DNA of 64,000 nucleotides from Gammaproteobacteria bacterium (GTDB lineage Bacteria; Pseudomonadota; Gammaproteobacteria; Steroidobacterales; Foliamicaceae): NCBI GenBank assembly GCA_963666765.1, contig OY762933.1, positions 716,074 to 780,073 of the forward strand, read 5' to 3'. Shown piece by piece: positions 63,171 to 64,000 of this stretch (position 1 is its first letter; each line of letters starts with the position of its first letter). The notes under the pieces were generated by a model. It saw only the letters and a program-made list of their open reading frames with translations, ran no database searches and was not told where the DNA came from. The position numbers and the translations under genes were made by a program.

Positions 63171-63305
63171 GACAGTTGCAAAAACAAAGCAGCTAAGGGT
63201 GAAACATCCGAAGCTCTCCGAGCACAAGGACAGTTGAGTTACCGAAGGCTAAAGCCGACAAGACTGACACCGGGTTTCACTCCCGATATGCGAGGAAAAG
63301 TGATT

Positions 63306-63320
63306 CCCCCCCCCCCCCCC
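63306..63320. repeat. C15 homopolymer
   Basis: 15 consecutive C, about 120 bp upstream of the DUF5131 start. Confidence 0.9.
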
Positions 63321-63437
63321 AAGATCGTCCACCTGAACTGGCGCGAAAACATAGCACGTTCTACTATGATTAGACGCACTAGAATGCAGTGCGAATTCTT
63401 ACTACGTTAGCGAAACTTCTTCGGGGCCATTCAACGC

Positions 63438-64000
63438 ATGCCTGGGAAATCTGACATTGAATGGACTGATGCGACTTGGAATCCCGTAACAGGTTGCACC
63501 AAGATCACGCGCGGGTGCGATAACTGCTATGCCGAGCGTTTCGCCGAGCGCTGGCGTGGTGTGGAGGGCCATCCATACGAACAGGGCTTCGATCTCCGTT
63601 TGTGGCCCTCGCGACTAAGCCAACCATTGAAGTGGAAGAAGCCACGGATGATCTTCGTAAATTCGATGAGCGACCTGTTCCATAAGGATGTGGATCGCGA
63701 CTTTATTGATCAGGTCTTCGATGTAATGGAAAGCGCGCATCAGCATGTTTATCAGGTGTTGACCAAGCGTAGTTCGCTAATGCGTAACTACCTACGAGGC
63801 CGCTACGCCCAGGGCAAGGCCCCGGAGCACATCTGGTGCGGGGTTTCGGTGGAAGATGAAATGTCGGCAACGCGCATTCAGCATCTCCAGGAGGCTCCGG
63901 CGACAATTCGGTTTCTTTCGATTGAACCGCTATTGGGGCCGGTGGGCACCTTGGATTTAGACGGCATTGCCTGGGTCATTGTGGGAGGAGAGAGCGGGCC
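63438..64000 (+). CDS. DUF5131 / phage Gp37-Gp68 family three-Cys protein (runs off the window)
   Basis: Manual translation: MPGKSDIEWTDATWNPVTGCTKITRGCDNCYAE...IFVNSMSDLFH...YQVLTKR...IWCGVSVE...FLSIEPLLGP...WVIVGGESG. Not in the ORF track. Confidence 0.88.
   Translation, partial: MPGKSDIEWTDATWNPVTGCTKITRGCDNCYAERFAERWRGVEGHPYEQGFDLRLWPSRLSQPLKWKKPRMIFVNSMSDLFHKDVDRDFIDQVFDVMESAHQHVYQVLTKRSSLMRNYLRGRYAQGKAPEHIWCGVSVEDEMSATRIQHLQEAPATIRFLSIEPLLGPVGTLDLDGIAWVIVGGESG

Larger units (their letters stand above)
52773..64000. mobile_element. tRNA-Asn-anchored defence/IS island (continues beyond the window)
   Basis: Abrupt switch to TA, Septu-like, IS and R-M cargo right after the tRNA 3' end; no integrase or second att site in view. 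Confidence 0.65.

Overview
GC-rich bacterial chromosome segment whose gene order suggests a Gammaproteobacterium (inference). The housekeeping backbone runs purL(5' part)-DUF1820, Fur-box/feoAB, TonB receptor, FKBP, B12-type binding protein, ABC efflux, tadA-guaA-guaB, xseA, der-bamB-yfgM-hisS-rodZ-pilW-rlmN-ndk-iscA-iscS, suhB, secFD-yajC-tgt-queA, an ECF sigma cluster, tRNA-Leu, fdx, dsbC, uvrB and an aminotransferase. Two AT-richer, tRNA-anchored defence islands interrupt it. Island 1 (~9.35-20.35 kb, at tRNA-Ser) holds an intact Type IIG R-M enzyme, a promoter-structured RNA-terminator-DUF3800 unit (one nonsense codon), a GHKL-ATPase/PD-(D/E)xK nuclease fusion split cleanly by IS1182, an ISNCY/IS481-like element with a 17-bp target duplication and gene relics. 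Island 2 (from tRNA-Asn at 52.7 kb to the window end) holds Septu-like PtuAB, truncated HicA and HigB toxins with intact antitoxins, an IS3 nested in an IS1380, an MmeI-type IIL enzyme and a DUF5131 gene. Best leads: (1) the ncRNA-DUF3800 unit, laid out like an RNA-antitoxin system; (2) two ~270-bp CTAG-ended elements with different terminal repeats but a covarying internal structure. No CRISPR array, rRNA or reverse transcriptase was seen.
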